A stretch of DNA of 61,305 nucleotides from Trichoplax sp. H2 (Eukaryota). The stretch lies in the NCBI GenBank assembly GCA_003344405.1, contig NOWV01000112.1, positions 186,001-247,305 on the forward strand, read 5' to 3'. Positions 38,782 through 51,727 of this stretch are shown in pieces. A program made the translations under genes and the position numbers. How positions within the stretch are numbered: position 1 is the stretch's first letter; each line of letters begins with the position of its first letter. Under the pieces are notes generated by a model. The model was not told the origin of the DNA and made no database searches. It worked only from the letters and a program-made list of their open reading frames with translations.

Positions 38782-40563
38782 ATGGGAACTGAAGAAGATC
38801 ACAGAAATGGCGAATCCAATAACGTTGACAACCCAAGTGAAAAGGAAAAGATTGATTTTTATACGCCTGGGTTAGTTTTAACACGTAAAATTTTCTTATG
38901 GGCGTACGCATTGGGTACTATTGGTGTCTTGATTGCCGCCTTTGCCTTAATTGCTACCATGCCTAAACGATGCCCTAAAGAACGTACTTGGTATCAACAA
39001 AATGTCATGTACAAAGTTTATGTACCATCGTATAAAGATAGTGATGGCGACGGAATTGGCGACTTAAATGGCATTTTATCCAAGTTAGACTACATTGCTA
39101 GTTTAAATGTCAAAACACTCTGGTTAAGTTCATTGTATGAGGCACCGACTACTGGGATCAAACCCAACGGCATGGAATCGAATTTTACCGCTGTGGATTC
39201 TAAATTAGGCACAACTGCCGATTTATCTGCTTTAATTCGCGCTGTCCACAAGAAAAAAATGAAAATTATGCTCGACTTTTTACCTACCGCTACCAGCAAC
39301 AACAACAGTTGGTTTATTGAAAGTCGAAGCTCTCTTGATAATGCCAAAAGTAACTGGTATGTTTGGGAAAATCCATACAATGGTGGCCCACCACGAGTCA
39401 ATTGGAGTTCAACAGAGAATAACAATATCCATTGGCAATATGATAATCTCCGCCAACAATATTACATGTACTATGATATCAAGGAACGACCAGAGTTAAA
39501 TTTCAAGAGTAGTTCGTTGCGTGCTGAAATCAAAAGGATTTTCAGTTATTATCTTAAATTAGGTATTGATGCTTTCAATATCCATGGTATGGAATGGCAT
39601 TTCGGTAGTGGTTCAACTGTCAACGGCAATGTCAGACCATCATTTAGTGTCTTATCTGAATGGAATACTCAAGTTGCTGGCTATACTGACACCAAGTATA
39701 CCTTCTTGGTTGGTCAAGTGCCCAACGATGTCAATGCTATAACCGTTAGCCAATCGTGTAAATTCAATGCTCTCTACTTGTTAACCTATAGTCTACTACC
39801 CAACAATGGCCCATTAACTGGTACTGGTATTGCCAATGTTGTCTCCAATTGGATTGCTACTGTTAGCATGTCTTCACCCAATCGTTATCCACATTGGATG
39901 TTGCGTAACCAAGCTAAAACCCGAGTTGCTGCAAGTTTCGGTCGCCAATATATTGATGCTTTGAACTTTATTATGATGACTTTACCCGGTGTGCCCAGCA
40001 GTTATTACGGCGAAGAAATTGGTATGATTGATAGCACTGTTTCTTATGCACAAACTCGTGACCCATTAGCTCTACTCTACGGCCCTACCAACTATGCCAC
40101 TGTATCACAAGATAAAACAAGAGGACCAATGGCATGGAATTCAACCACCAATGCCGACTTTACTAATGGTACATCAACGTGGTTACCACTTGCAAGTGAT
40201 TACTCAACTGTTAATGTCGCTAGTCAAGTTGGCTCGGTCGATTCTAACCTAGAACGTTATAAAAATATCACAGCCTTTCGAGCTAGCGAAGATTTACTCA
40301 AAACGGGCAACTACAGTCGTGTTATGGCCACCAATGAAGTTTTCGCTTTCTTCCGTTACTCCAGTAGTAAAAGCTACGTTGTCATGACTGTTGCCAATGT
40401 TGGTGCAACTTCACAAAATGTTGACATCAAACAGTATTATGGTACATCTGCTACAACCGCTACTGTCAAAGCGGCTACTAGGTCTAGTGTTCATGGCACT
40501 ACCGTTCAATTGAACAACATACAGCTAGCCAGTGGTGAAGCCGTAGTAGTACAAATTGGTTAG
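38782..40563 (+). CDS. SLC3A: SLC3 heavy chain of heteromeric amino-acid transporters (rBAT/4F2hc family, GH13-like ectodomain), 593 aa, intronless CDS
   Basis: True start is probably the ATG at 38782 (the ORF-track start is a GTG). Short cytosolic N-terminus, single TM (IFLWAYALGTIGVLIAAFALIATMP), juxtamembrane Cys (PKRCP), then WYQQNVMYKVYVPSYKDSDGDGIGDLNGILSKLDYI, TLPGVPSSYYGEEIGM and RGPMAWN. Confidence 0.92.
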   Translation: MGTEEDHRNGESNNVDNPSEKEKIDFYTPGLVLTRKIFLWAYALGTIGVLIAAFALIATMPKRCPKERTWYQQNVMYKVYVPSYKDSDGDGIGDLNGILSKLDYIASLNVKTLWLSSLYEAPTTGIKPNGMESNFTAVDSKLGTTADLSALIRAVHKKKMKIMLDFLPTATSNNNSWFIESRSSLDNAKSNWYVWENPYNGGPPRVNWSSTENNNIHWQYDNLRQQYYMYYDIKERPELNFKSSSLRAEIKRIFSYYLKLGIDAFNIHGMEWHFGSGSTVNGNVRPSFSVLSEWNTQVAGYTDTKYTFLVGQVPNDVNAITVSQSCKFNALYLLTYSLLPNNGPLTGTGIANVVSNWIATVSMSSPNRYPHWMLRNQAKTRVAASFGRQYIDALNFIMMTLPGVPSSYYGEEIGMIDSTVSYAQTRDPLALLYGPTNYATVSQDKTRGPMAWNSTTNADFTNGTSTWLPLASDYSTVNVASQVGSVDSNLERYKNITAFRASEDLLKTGNYSRVMATNEVFAFFRYSSSKSYVVMTVANVGATSQNVDIKQYYGTSATTATVKAATRSSVHGTTVQLNNIQLASGEAVVVQIG

Positions 40564-43500
40564 TAAGTTGGGGTAGAAGTATTGCAACGTATCGCACGGA
40601 TACAATATTACGAAATCATAGCTGTCATCGGATCACTGGACAACATGAGTTATATGACCCAAAAAAATTAAGTAGTATAGTGAATGTCCTTTCATTGTTC
40701 TAGTTCTATCTATTTAATAAGTTATATGTAGTAATGTCTTGTGCATAGTAGATAGATTAAAATCTTATTCTGAATAAAAAAATATTTGTAGTTAATCACT
40801 GTTATTAGTAAAGGGTTAGCTTTTAACGTTTTGATTCATAAATCATTTCTATGGAATCGCCACTGCCATATAGGAATGACCCACACTGAGTGGATTTAGA
40901 TAGTTGGAGTTAACACCTTGAGAAAGATAAATCAATGCAGTTGTAAATAACAGCTATGAGCAGCTGTAAATCATATTGATAGTATTATGATAACGGTAAT
41001 AAGTCTTTCAATTGAGTACATCTCAGGAAGTTGGTACTGTCTCCTGTTGTATAGCAAAACAATTGTCATGTGGATAGTGCTTGGAAGTAATATTGAAATG
41101 CTTTATTTACTATTAAAATTGTAAGATGGTGTTGTTGTATTCTGGTTGATGCAATTACCTTGTTACCATTAATCCATCTTATACCATTTGAATGATAGCT
41201 TCTCGATGTGTTAACTTTAGTATTGCAAACACTTTATTTTCTCTTGTTACTGCTTAACTCTTAAAATTTAGCAATTATTACCAGCTATTTATAATCACAA
41301 TGGTTGTTATTTAACGGATTTTAGTATTAATTTGCTTATTGTTTTGTAATGTATGCGATTTCTCGCCAGTCAATAGATATATGATTTTCAATCTCATTCC
41401 TGCTAGAAAGTTGAATGAAAGCAGTGATGTTACTAAATAATATTATGCAGAAATTTTGCATTCTGGCTGAGCTGCGCACCCAAATATTAATATCTTATAT
41501 TGTACGTTGCCATAATATGTACTTAGTCTAATCTACGTACAATTTTAATTCATTTGGCAAGATAATAATATTATTGAAATTTTTACTTAACTGACGAGTA
41601 CTGTACGCCTAGATATTTTAAAATACAGGTTTCGATTGTTATAGTATTTAGTGCATTAAAGACTATTCTCGATCGATGTAAGGCTGATGGTAGTTTCAAT
41701 ATGGAGTGAATTAGTTTGTTCTTCAAGCATTTCTGTTTGAATTTTATAGTGAGCATCACAGTATTATAGATTAGAGAGGATAGGACCTACGGTACCATTT
41801 TATTTGCACTTGCGGTATAGCATAAGGAAATTTTGTTGATACTTCAATTGAACGTCTTTCTTGGAGATAAGGACAAAAGTTGATAATGGATTTTCATGCA
41901 GTGGTAGTATATATGAAAAAATTATACGTGCTACAACTAGATATAGGTAAATTCTTCAGGGGAATAATTCGTAAGATTTCATCCGGCAGTGAGCACGGTG
42001 GACGGTATAGTATACAGTACAGTAATCTTAGGACAGAAGATCCCGTTCTATTCCCAGGCCAAGCTGTATCCATTGCTATTTATTTTTATTTTTTAATCAA
42101 TAAATCCATTTCCTTTAGTTTACACACGATCATCATCAATTTACTGTACATGGCTTGATCGATTCTTATCTCAACGCAAATATACTACTGTACTATGTTA
42201 TCTTATATCGATAAATTCATTTCCTTCTGATAATTAATCGATTACCATCATTTCTAACGACCGCCATTATAATTATCAGTTGTTGGGGGTATCCTTTTCA
42301 ATCTAATTAACGTTTACAATCTGACAAAATAGAAGAAGGGGTAAGCACTATTAGAGTCTAATAAGACGAAATTTAATCTTTTCATTGTTGTTATAGGATG
42401 GAAAACGACTTTGTTATAGGGAACAGTTACACTAACAATAGAACAGCATATGTCGCATGCAAAAAAATCAATCTGTTAGATAAGTAATCTTTGAACTCTG
42501 GTTTCTACATTCTTAACACATAGATGATATCACGGATATCCACTATGACAATCGGATTCGATATATTCCTGATGATGACAATAAAATGATGCTACCATAG
42601 ATTGTAATTGCCTCGTCAATATCATAATATTAGTACAGTTGTTTATTACATAACATCGAGGAAATAGATTATCCCATAATCTATTCATCAAAAAGTAATG
42701 CTTCGTCCAAGAAATGACGGCTTGTTGGTACAAGAGTAGTTAATGGCAGCTGGCGAATTCTGTCACGTAATTTGGACAGTCAATATCCTTGTTTTTGAAT
42801 ATACTCCTACTTGATAATTCTAATTCCTAGCATAAATATAGCTTGGATTCATTGTATCATGAATAATAAATTTTCTAGTAGTTGTTCTACCAACAAATAG
42901 AAGAAATTCATAGTTGGTACTGCTTATGTAATCAAGGGCCATTCAATCGACCTCACGTGATGCTGAATTTAGTTTACCGCAGAGTAAATAAAGCCCAGCG
43001 TAATTGCTTCGTCATCATACTATAGTGCTAAGGTAAAGATATGCTCGGATGAGAATAACGTGAAAGTAGTCGATTTATTTATAGAAGAATTAATTTAACT
43101 ATGAATAGCAGCAGCCTGGCGTTACAAAATCTATAAAAGAAGTAACAGCTCTTCAAGACGAACAATCAATTCTTGATTCATCCATTCAATATTGTGATAC
43201 TCAGATACGCAATAATTTCAATGAACGATGCATAGCGTTCGGTACGTTGTGCTATAACTGTGCCACAACCAAGTAATTTCTAGATTACTTATATAGACAG
43301 AGATATGATAGTTATCTTCTCTTTTTAAAGATAATGACATCGTAGTGTTACCAAACTTAATTAATACAGCGTATAGAATAGCAAGTATAAATAGAATGTT
43401 CACAGAAGTTCAAGGTAGAATCATAATGTTGTTAATAATAAAAGTAGATACCTAGCCGGATTACAGGATCATTTTAAATGTACTGGTGAAGTATCATTGA

Positions 43501-43864
43501 TTACATTTGAAATAGCATAACGAAAATTCTGAATTTTGAACGCATTTTAATTCCACTAATGAATTATATGGCCGAAGATACGTAAGAGATTGATTATTTG
43601 ACATATTGCTACAGTAAAGATTCTCTGAATACCTCATTCACTTACTTGATTTGTCCATGAGACACTTCAATAGCCTAAAAATATCTAAGCAACTGGGTAG
43701 TATCGGCACAAAGAGAAATATTACTAATCATGCAGAACTCTTTATACTATAAGATTAATGTCATTGTTTGACAGAAACAGATTCGTCTTTTATTGCGGCT
43801 GTAATTTATCAATTCTGTATAGATAGAATATGTATTAAAATGGTAATAGGATCTCTCGTTGATT

Positions 43865-46800
43865 CTAGTTAAAAGTGTTCAAGAGTTCGTCAGGCAGATC
43901 TAGGGCTTTATGGAGGAATGCAATCTCAAAAGCAGCCTGCAGTATAAAGCAAATTTATTATGTTACCAACTGATACAATATTCAGTGAAGCAACGGAGCT
44001 ATTAATAAATTCGTACGCTTTCATGAAGCAAAGCATCAATAAAGCTAATAAAGTTGACTATTATAGAAGCAGTGTGTAAATATAGTCCAGAAAAATAATT
44101 GAATCTAGTCAATCAATTACGGAACATTAAATAGTATCTTTGTGTCCGCTAACCCCTAGGTTACCAATATCGTTCGTTTAACATAACTACAGCCGTTCCC
44201 AATTGGAATTGCATCTACGACTAGTATTACATAGATACTACTGTAGTTGGTAGAAGTTTCACAAATTCAGGCACATTAGGCATTACCTCTTTTAATCCTT
44301 CATCGCCAGCTGTACCATAATGACCGGATGACAGATTAGTTTTTAAGATGTGATAAATTTTATTATTCGTTGTGGCACCTTCATGTTGTGATTGATAGTC
44401 TCGTTGAGCTGCTCTCAATTTTGCCATAAAGCGAACTGGAGACCAATAAGGTACTCGATTGTCATTATAAGATGCAGTTAATAGCAAAGAAGGATAAAGC
44501 TAATAGTTGGCACAAAAAAATGAGACCAATACAAAAAAGTAACATGCATTCAGCAACAACAATTGCATACGTGTATTTAAATAACAAAATTAAACTATGT
44601 AGCAGAAACCTACATTGCGCTGAATATTGGTGTAAGGGCAGTAAGAACAAATATAGTCAAATACATGGCTGGAATTTAAATCACCCCATTCTTCATACTC
44701 TTCGACAGTCAACGGCAAGGACTGATCAAGCATCGTTCCCAAGATATCTACATGTGGTACCTAAAATGACAAGATCATAAATAGACGATAAACCTTGTAT
44801 TTAATTTCCAGTATGGTACATACTACAGGCCAATGCAATCGGCTACTCTAAGCTTACCTTCATAATTGCTGCAGCTATTTTATTCGGGTGATTGTTACAA
44901 AGATGAGCAACAATCAAACCTCCGGCACTAGTACCTTTGCAAGATGTCAATGTTGGCTTAGTGTAGCCTCGATCTTGTACCTCATTAATGCAAGCTAAGA
45001 AGTCATAGAATGAATTCATTTTATTAAGTTGACGACCTTGATAATACCAATGCCTTCCAAATTCACCACCACCCCTGTAAAATTAAAATGAAACATGTAA
45101 TTGCTGCATTTAATTTAATGGTAAAATATAGCAATTACAAAATAGAGTTATGCACATCTTCGGTTCAGTTTTTGGTAGCATTTATCAACTGTATCCTTGG
45201 TAATGTCGATTAATGCCTTACTGTACATATAAAGTTTAATCACCTGACATGACAGAAGGCAAGAACCCATCCAGCTTTCAACAAACACATATTTTGAACT
45301 GAAAACTGTCGGTTTAATTCCATTCCATAAGCACCATAAACTATAGCTAGCAAAGGAGTGCTGCTATTCAGAACGATATCTTTGCGATGACATAACGATA
45401 TTGGTATTTTACATCCATCCTGTAAATGATTTTGTAGTAATTGACTTTGAAATTCACACTTAAAATAATAATATCAAATAATAGACCTATATCATTTCAC
45501 GTAGCATCATAATATCTAGGTTAGTGTTACTTTGTCTAACCTTGCTAGTGGCATATGAAATATAGAATGAGTATTGATCACTATCCAAGCCAATCGTTGA
45601 TGGCGTCAAGTTGTTTAATGCCATAGTTCTCATATCCAACTCATAAAATGTATCAGCAATTAGAGGGGACGAATATGAAAACCTTACAGTATCTGCGGAG
45701 AAAGTAAAGTTAGAAGCAGAGGCAATGGTACCAATAGGAAGTTTAAAGGTTTGGCATTGGAGTGGTGAATGTAGGTTAACTATTGTTATCTGTGGTTCTA
45801 AGTTTTCTCTTTGGTAGAGAACACAATAATCTGCAAAGATATCCATATCATCTAAGAGAGTGTCAGTACTATCACTAGCAGAGTCCTTATCCATAGCTTG
45901 CAGTTCTTTCCAATTATCACGACCAGGATTTTGATCAGGTGCCATCATAACCTGTCCAAAAAGTATTACAAGCTTTCATTATGTACACCACACTCGTATC
46001 AAGATTCTGTGCCGATACATGACTGAGAATTAGTATAGCGATAATTTGGTTCTAAATAGTCTTGGTTGATACACATTCTATAACGTTATTAACTAGCATT
46101 TATTAGCGTAAAGCAGCTTGAATAGATTCAAAGTTTCATCATCCAAAACATACGATAAGCTGCTCAAGTGCTCATCCATTCCTGGCTGAAGAATAATAAT
46201 TATATAATTTATGTCTAACGCAAAAGCTGTTTACTTAAAATGTAGCCGTGTGTAGATTAAATATTCAATATAATCAATTACTATCAAAATCTGTTCTGTA
46301 AAGTTGCAATTCATTGGGCAATGACACACTGTAACTGATTCTTAATAAGCCATTAAAAGCATGACATGGAAAATGGCGTCGGTATGCAAAAGATAGTCGC
46401 ACGCATTTTCATTTACCTTATATTTTCCTGAAGATTTGTCATTAGTTAATATATAAAAATGATTGTTGCTATGATCGACATAACATTCACAGTCAAGTTC
46501 CCTTTCTTTAATAAGAACCGGTTTAGATTTCAATTTTTCTGTATCTAAAGCCCAAACCTGTTAGGGTAACAAATACATAGAAACTAGTCACGAAATGCTG
46601 ATAATTAAAGCAGAAAAATTGAATACGCACGTACCTCAGATGATGATTTTGAATTCAAGTTAATAGTAAGAAAGCGATGATTCTTTGTACATACAATATG
46701 TAGGAAATACTTTTCGTCATCTTCTTGGAAGAGTAGTCGATCCGTTAGTCTAGAATCGAACGCTCTTAACCATACTTGGTAGGGTCGACGTCTATAATTT

Positions 46801-47950
46801 TGTTTAGTATAGATAATACTATCTTCATTCGATGCAAATTCAACAGCGAACGCATCCCTGATTACGTCTATCACATTCGGTTGATTTCCACTTAGATCTA
46901 TTATATGTGCTTCATAATTTTCTTTTCCGTTAGTGTCAAAAGTGTAAGCAACTAGCTAGGTAAAATATTAGAAATAAGAAAGCAATTGCATTCTCTTTAA
47001 TATATACTACATGCGATTCATACAATCCATCAGTTCATTAACACGCAAATCTTAAACACCTCTAGGAGCAACTACGAGGTACAGTACAAGAAAAACTAAA
47101 CAGCAGCTAATGACTTTACCATAATATTTTTACGCTATAAAACTGATGATATGTGCAACACATACCCGGTGAGATGGAGAAACTTTCAGCTGACCGACAC
47201 AACAATGTTGATGTCTTTTCGACAAATCATTTAGATCTAAAATGACTTCTTCATTATTATCGACAAGATTGCTATCCAGCTTACGGCGACAATAAATAGG
47301 TAAAGATGCAGCCCTCTCTTCTTTCATATAATACTCATATTTTTCCAATATCTTTATAAAAGAAATATACGATAATCTTTAACATATAATATGTAATGAT
47401 AAGTCGATGAACTTAGTTATCTGCATTCTAATTATAGGCATACTGGAGATATTGTAATAAAATCGAATTGATTAGGACAATCATGGCAGAGGCTGACGGA
47501 AGCGTTTTCGCATTTATTATACTATTTGCAACCATTTGTTTTTAAATAGCTTACAAATACTGTAGGTACGAAGATTACCTCAGGAGGAACAGTTAGCTGA
47601 GCTTCTATGTCACTCATTGTTCGTACTAGCTTAGATTGGATTGATTTTGTATTTGTCATGACCTTCTTAGCATATGAATTTTCTTGCTGAAGATATTTCA
47701 TGACTGCTGCATTACCTTGATCTTTCAACCAGTGATAGGGATCTGAAATTGTTTTGCCATGCACACTAATAGTCCAAGGTTTGATAGCTGCTTTCGGAGT
47801 TGAAATATAATCTTTACGGTTGAAAGGCCAATTAAATTTTAATCTTCTTGACAGTAATTGGTACGGCAATGAGAACTTGTTGTGTATATTGCCTATCCAT
47901 TCGCTTGATATAAGCTTGGACATAGATCCTTTCAATATGACCGTCGCCAT
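43865..47950 (-). CDS. PREPL: Prolyl endopeptidase-like / oligopeptidase B-like S9A serine hydrolase, 10 exons, about 751 aa
   Basis: Exons (minus): 47950-47579, 47351-47166, 46955-46635, 46557-46417, 45951-45541, 45419-45244, 45074-44858, 44760-44614, 44499-44287, 43936-43865; total 2256 nt, in frame. PLLAIVYGAYGM and GWVLAFCHVRGGGEFG resemble vertebrate PREPL. Catalytic triad: GTSAGG (Ser), NDNRV (Asp), SGHYG (His). Confidence 0.92.
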
Positions 47951-50027
47951 TCCAGGTAAGACTAGCTGGTTATCACTCCAAAACGATATGCAGTATATCC
48001 ATAAATACAGTGCCGTGATTAAAATTAGAAATCATGCTATCGTTTAAAAGTCCACCGTGTACCATACATGAACACCATTGACATAATAGCCATTTATTAG
48101 AGGTTAGCGTTAAATATCGTTGCAGCTCCAACAGCTCGTTGTTGCAAAGCTTCCACCTATCAATACAGTAATAAGTTAGTAGTCGCCGATATTAAAAATG
48201 GTCAGGGGATTGTAGATTATTGATGTAAGCGATAGCAGCTACTCTTCACCCACTGCTCTATTAAAAATGCTTTCTTCTAGCTTCGATCGATTATACTATC
48301 ATCAATGCAATCATTGAGCAGTCTTAAAGTAGCAAGATGCTGGCTTGCAGTTTTCTGGCATTGCAGATACTGCTGGAATAAGATCGATTGGTTTCTGGCA
48401 GGTCCTTTTGCGCTTCGTGTCCAAGAGTCCATCCGTACTGCGTGCTATGCACAGTACCTGCGCAGTTGCACTCCCTTCTTGTAACACATATCGACATAGG
48501 CAATACAGTAGCCTATCCACTTTAGCTTATTTTATACACATACCCAATATAGTATGAAATCTCATACTAATCACTATTTTGTGACTCAAACGGTACTTTT
48601 AGCCTATATACTGCATTCTAAAGCAACAGGTGTGCAAGTGTAACAGGTTGTGCACTGTGCAGGAAATGTTGCTGATAGTTCAAACTTAATTGACTATGGC
48701 CTTCGAATGAAGACTCTCCTAGCCTTGTAGATTTAATACTTTATACTATTATTGGCAAGTATTGATGTAATTGAAGTTACGGATGCCCATTTAGTGTCCT
48801 ATAATAATAGTAATTAATATTTGCTAATTTCACCTATTGTACATTGAGTGTACAAATATAGATCTATTTTAGAGCTGGACTATATTTCCATGGTAACAAC
48901 ATTTCCTGTACATCATTCCACTATAGTTGCCATTTAGACCTCGAAATGCTAATTACTGTTAAAGTCAAGTTATGCATGCACATTAGTTACTTAATGCTGT
49001 GATTACTATATGCCTTATTAGCCATTAAACAACACTATCATTATAATTATAATGTAAGCTCAAACAAGATATTGCGAAACTAATTACACCTACAAGCTTT
49101 ATTACAAATGGCACTAATAAAATCTTAAATCTTAGTACCACCTAGTGCAAAGTAATATGAACAAACTTTAGTGCTTTCATTCAACCGATTAAACCCGTTT
49201 AGTAACAATCATTATGTGTACGTACATTTATTATAATCGCAAAAACGGATGAGATTATGACTGGGCTTACATTTCATATCGTCAAAGGGTATATCTGCAC
49301 GATCGTTCCACAGATTTGAAATTGAAATAAATTCACTCTAAAATAGACTCAATGTTTAGAAACATTAAAGTCTAAAAATAGCATGCTGATAGTTAATTTG
49401 GAAGTAGCTCGCAACTTCGGTTGCATGTATAATGTACACTATATATTAAATACTATTATATCGTGGAGGAATAAAAGTAACCAATTTTTTCTATGCATAC
49501 ACGGTAAATTATAGGTATAGGGGCAAGTGGTCCAACAGCTATAACTTGGTTGAGGAGGTAAATATTAATAAGCCTTTAGCCTGTATAGTTATGGACATCG
49601 TCTAATAAATGTTGATTACAATTCAAATAGTTAACGAACAAAGATTTATAAACAGAATATATATCATATACATTACAAATCGTATTCATTGACATAGTAA
49701 TTTCGTTCAATTTTATTTTCTCATAAACAGCCAAAAATTAAAGAGGCAGTATCATCTAGAACTTTAGTTCATCATATTAAGCACTTAGTAAATGCAAGTT
49801 TATATTCTCATCAGTATGAAAATAAATCAGTACGAAAATGATTGGATAAATAACAGACTTGCGTAGTCCACCTTCGCAATATTATTAAATATTGATTATA
49901 GATATTATTTACGAAATAATTTAGAGTCTGAGCTGCCTTGGAAATCATTAGTATTCAATAAGGAATAGCGTAGTAGACGATAATATTGTGAGGATTTCAA
50001 CTTGAAATATGCTTTCGGTGATGCAGT

Positions 50028-51727
50028 TTAAACTTCGTTTTCTTCAAAAAACTCAGCATCTATACCTAATTTGGTATGGCAATCATAAAACTATTTTCAG
50101 AAACAGTTTATCAGATAGAAATCTATCTTTTGTCTTATAGTATGCAATTTTAACAAAGCCTGATTGAGATGTATCATATGCTCATACCGTGAGTATCACC
50201 TAAAATAACAGGATTGACATCGTCAATAGAGTGCCCTCTCGGAAAATTATCTGGCCTAGAAGTAGTAAGAGAGCCAATAGTGATTGGAAGCCGCATTATC
50301 AAATTCTTCGCTTTTGGAACAAGCACAGTAACCTATATTGAACGAAATTAAGAACAGTTTCAGTTTAAAACATCAACTATGACAGCACAAGTACCGTATA
50401 TCCCATATTTCTCCAAAATTGAAAATAATTAAAATAAATCAGAACCTGAACACTGTACTCCGCTTTAATAATGCGTCTGTAACTGATTGCTGGTGGTATA
50501 TGCGGAATGTCGAACGATTCATCATTTAAGTTAAAAGTCTTTCCTCGATCGACTGGCTGATCAGATTCAAGTGCCACAATAGTATCGTAATATTTATAAA
50601 AATTGCCTATATGCATTGCCAAGTTTATAAAATGAATTAGTAAAATCCTTCAAAAACTATTACTTACAGTTTATCAACCCATTGAGATTGAGACTACCTT
50701 CTACACTAGCTAAAACTCGACGAACTAGTGCCACTTGAATCCCTTTTAGAACTACATTACTTGAGTTCTCACACTCAATATTTAATAACATTGTTTCGCC
50801 AGGAAGGTAACCAGAACGATCTGCTTTTATACTTAGTTTAACGGTTCCAAATTGGCATAAAAAACGATTTAAAGGCTGTTCGAGGCGCAATTGTGATGGC
50901 TGTTCCTATATTAGGATAAAATAAGACAATCACCCTTGTTAAATACTATCTATCTCAAAATTGTCAAAAATTTCTAGCTTTTTATAATTTAAACTGTCAA
51001 TATACTGTGAAATAATTTGGCTTCAGCCAGTCCCTATTCTCGTGAAATAGTTTACTGTTTTAACTCAGTTATTCCTAGTGCACCATAAATCATAAAGAGG
51101 GGATTATACTTACTCGTAATAAGGGGCGAGGTACATCCACTGTTTGAATATATGTAAATCCTGTTTCACAAGTGTAATTCTTAGATGGAGGCCTCTCAAA
51201 TTGAGCAACAATTCCATAAAATATGATACAGTAAGGTCTACTATCAAACGATGACGGCATGTCATCATCGGTATTTAATTGATTTGTAAACTTAAATTCA
51301 TGATAGCCAGCAGGCAATGAATGTCTGCTATCAAACACTTGATCAGATGCTATAATATATAGAGGGATAAGAATCAACGCAGATACACAGTTAGAAAGTT
51401 TCCATCAAAATTATTACTAGGGTTTATCTGTTATAGATAGTAAGTGCATAATTCATGGTATTCATACAGATTCGGCATGTTTTTAACAATAATTTCCTTA
51501 CCATCACCCCAAATAGTTTGCTTTTCATCAAGGAAGTAGTGATCGACATTACAACCATGTTTACTTCTAGAAGCAGCCGAAGCCCGTCCACGAAGGCGAA
51601 TACTCAAACCCAATGCTGGCATTGCAACTTGTATTTGGATTTTGATGGTGCCATTTATAATATCGCCTTTATAATAATTAGCTTTAGGATTTTCTAGCTG
51701 GATTTCGAAAAGAGTCAATTTTCCCAT
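50028..51727 (-). CDS. Alpha-arrestin (ARRDC/TXNIP family), about 337 aa; last exon uncertain
   Basis: MGKLTLFEIQL...YYKGDIINGTIKI, LPAGYHEFKF...MPSSFD...IFYGIVA, ADRSGYLPGE...ENSSN, IIKAEYSVQV...LPITIGS. Exons: 51727-51502, 51349-51114, 50905-50698, 50606-50446, 50332-50188, 50065-50028. Confidence 0.88.

Noticed and set aside
39090-39499. Antisense and alternative-frame ORFs within the SLC3 gene (likewise 14528-14749, 15093-15323, 44472-44780, 51455-51697)
   Set aside because: Shadows of real coding sequence.
48311-48557. Short ORFs upstream of PREPL, where human has CAMKMT
   Set aside because: No methyltransferase motifs or exon chain; more likely promoter DNA.
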